Source of the DNA: Burkholderiales bacterium
GTDB taxonomy: Bacteria > Pseudomonadota > Gammaproteobacteria > Burkholderiales > SG8-39
NCBI GenBank assembly: GCA_033582675.1
Contig: JAVQZY010000019.1
Location: forward strand, 68,139 to 132,138
DNA length: 64,000 nt
Reading direction: 5' to 3'
How positions within the stretch are numbered: position 1 is the stretch's first letter; each line of letters starts with the position of its first letter. Below are positions 62,409 through 64,000 of the stretch, piece after piece. The position numbers were made by a program, and so were the translations under genes. Under the pieces are notes generated by a model. The model was not told where the DNA came from, ran no database searches, and saw only the letters and a program-made list of their open reading frames with translations.

Positions 62409-64000
62409 ATGGCGAGTGCCGACACGTTGCCCGCGCGCGAGCCGGAGGGCGAAAGGGAACGGTTCGCGACCCTCAAGCTCGCGTTCTCGCGCGCCCAGGT
62501 GGAAGCGCGCGCGGCGCTTGCGCGCGATGCGCGCGCGCAGGCCGAGGAACGGCTGCGCCAGGCGGCCGAGGAACGCCTTGCGGCCGAAGCGAGCGCGCGC
62601 GAGACGCTCGAGCGGCGCCTGCGCGCCGAGCGCGAGGCGCAGGCGGCCGCAGACGCGCGCCGCCAGGCCGAGGCGCGCGCGGAAGCGCTCGCGCGCGAGC
62701 GCGAGCAGACCGAGCAGGCGGCCGCCCGGGCGGCGGCCGAGCGCGCCGCGGCCGAGGAGCGGCTCCTCGCCGAAGCCGAGCGCCGCCTGAAGGCCGAAGC
62801 GAAAGCGCGCGACCTCGCGGAAGAGCGCGCAGAGCGCGAAGCGGCGCTCGCGCGTCGGCTCGAAGAGGCGCGCGCCGAGACCGAGCGGTTGCTCGCCGAG
62901 GCGCAGGCCGAGGCCGAGCGGCGTCTCAAGGCCGAAGCGCAGGCCGCGGCCGAAGCGGCCGCCCGCTGCAAGGCCGAGGCCGACGCGCGCGAAGCCGCCG
63001 AGGCGCGCGCGCGCACGGAGGCCCGCGCAGCCGAGGAGGCGGCGCGCCGCGCCGCCGCCGAGCGGCGTGCCGAAGAGTCGGCGCGCGAGCGCGCCGCCGA
63101 GGAGGCGCGCGCGGCGATGCTCGCCGAGACGCGCGCGCAGGCCGAAAGCGTCGCCGCGCAAGCCGCGGCCGAGCGCGCCGAGATCGAAGAGCGGCTCGCC
63201 GCCGCCGCGCGCGCACGCGTCGCTGCGGAAGCGCGCGAACGGGCGGCGCTCGAGCGCCGCCTCGCCGAAGAGGAGGAGGCGGCGCGCGCCGCGAAAGCGG
63301 CCGCCGAGGCTGCCGACGCCGCGGCGGCCGAAGCCGCGCGCGCAGCCGAGGCCGAGCGCCAGTGCGAGGCGCTCGAGCGCGAGCGTCTCGCCGCTCAGGC
63401 CCAGCGCGCGCGCCAAGCCGAGGCGCGGCTCGCGGCAGAGCGCGAGGCGCACCGCATCGCGCTCGAAGCCGCGCAGGCGGAAGCCGAGCGCGCCGCGCGC
63501 GCCGAAAGGCTGCGCGAAGCCGAAGCGGCGGCCGCGCGCGCCGCGGCCGAAAACGCCGCCGCGCAGGCTGCGCTTGCGCAGGCCGCGGCCGAACGCGCCG
63601 CGGCCGAGGAGGAGGCGGCGCGCCATGCCCGCGAGCGCACGCTCCTCGAGGCGCGCGCGGCCGAGGCCGCGCGCGAGCGCGCCCGCGCCGAGCGCGAGGC
63701 CGCGCGCGCGGCCGCCGAGCGCGAGCAGGCGCTCGCCGCACAGGCCGAGGCAGCCGCCGAACGCAGCGCGCTCGAGCGCTCGCTCGCGCAGCTCGCTGCG
63801 CAGCGCGCTGCCGCCGAACGCGAGCACGCCGACGCCCTCGCGCGGCGCGTGCGCGAGGAGGAAGCCGCGCTTGCGGCAGAGCGCGAGCGCGCCGCGGAAG
63901 AAGCGCGACTTGCCGCCGCCGCCGAGGCGCGGGCGCAGGCCGCGCAGGCCGCGACCGCGAAAGCGCGCATCGCGGCGGCCGCCGAGGCCGCCCTCGAGAA
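62409..64000 (+). CDS. Open-ended Ala/Glu/Arg-rich coiled-coil protein (over 530 aa within the window; 3' end outside)
   Basis: GGAGGG lies 7 nt upstream of ATG 62409. I read every codon from 62409 to 63998 and found no stop. The text is MASADTLPAREPEGERERFATLKLAFSRAQVEARAALARDARAQAEERLRQAAEERLAAEASARETLERRLRAEREAQAAADARRQAEARAEALARERE..., continuing in the same style. It is not in the ORF track, which lists only closed ORFs. The competing minus-strand ORFs run into marR. Confidence 0.6.
   Translation, partial: MASADTLPAREPEGERERFATLKLAFSRAQVEARAALARDARAQAEERLRQAAEERLAAEASARETLERRLRAEREAQAAADARRQAEARAEALAREREQTEQAAARAAAERAAAEERLLAEAERRLKAEAKARDLAEERAEREAALARRLEEARAETERLLAEAQAEAERRLKAEAQAAAEAAARCKAEADAREAAEARARTEARAAEEAARRAAAERRAEESARERAAEEARAAMLAETRAQAESVAAQAAAERAEIEERLAAAARARVAAEARERAALERRLAEEEEAARAAKAAAEAADAAAAEAARAAEAERQCEALERERLAAQAQRARQAEARLAAEREAHRIALEAAQAEAERAARAERLREAEAAAARAAAENAAAQAALAQAAAERAAAEEEAARHARERTLLEARAAEAARERARAEREAARAAAEREQALAAQAEAAAERSALERSLAQLAAQRAAAEREHADALARRVREEEAALAAERERAAEEARLAAAAEARAQAAQAATAKARIAAAAEAALE

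Noticed and set aside
61956-63970. Minus-strand ORFs 61956..63827, 62336..63016, 62926..63741 and 63395..63970, and plus-strand ORF 62359..62790, over the A/E/R-rich region
   Set aside because: The region is nearly free of A/T-rich codons, so almost every frame is open. These ORFs give Gly/Leu/Arg/Ala or Arg/Pro/Ser strings. The longest runs into marR on the opposite strand, and none has a convincing start context. The plus frame from ATG 62409 is preferred, though only moderately.

Overview
About 64 kb of very GC-rich bacterial chromosome (over 70 percent GC by eye). The gene content (parE/parC topoisomerase IV, arfB, mnmC, kynA/kynU, fadE-type beta-oxidation, many 4-nt GTGA/ATGA start-stop overlaps) fits a high-GC proteobacterium, possibly a betaproteobacterium; this is inference only. 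I call about 60 protein-coding genes. I found no rRNA, tRNA, CRISPR array, transposase or integrase. Layout: (i) 1-10.3 kb looks accessory. It holds a cyclase 3' end and an exported FecR-like protein, a convergent signal-peptide TPR-CHAT protein, then on the minus strand an ECF sigma, anti-sigma, lipoprotein and exported caspase (C14) gene, followed by a YpsA-like SLOG protein and a VapBC module. (ii) 10.4-18.2 kb is a tightly coupled minus-strand array: parE, small ORF, parC, nucleotidyltransferase, GGDEF, arfB, DUF2889, GIY-YIG-like. (iii) 18.4-23.2 kb holds enoyl-CoA hydratase, a Tat-signal SAM methyltransferase, mmsA, a DapA-family gene and nbaC. (iv) The remainder is housekeeping and catabolism: mnmC, CDF, an lldD-like gene, IclR, an S11 peptidase, an Atm1-like ABC transporter, TetR with fadE/thiolase/fadB-like/thioesterase, MarC, GST, kynA-kynU, an APH+ACAD pair, an HD protein, a degenerate S1C-PDZ protein, EEP, quinone reductase, SDR, a Nudix-MBL fusion, gor, OCD, a TTC38-like protein, and MarR with an FAD monooxygenase/SpeE-like/TauE/HAD set. 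(v) The last 1.6 kb is an open-ended Ala/Glu/Arg-rich coiled-coil ORF that the supplied ORF track does not list. Two caveats apply throughout. The six-frame track is full of long spurious high-GC ORFs. At least 18 genes need one or more frame changes to read as full-length proteins, which could reflect assembly indels and/or real decay. The best leads are the ECF-linked pair of exported clan-CD proteases at the left end, a 75-aa ORF wedged between parE and parC that ends in a consensus beta-clamp-binding motif (QLDLF), and the giant A/E/R-rich ORF at the right edge. All family names come from reading the translations; no database search was run.
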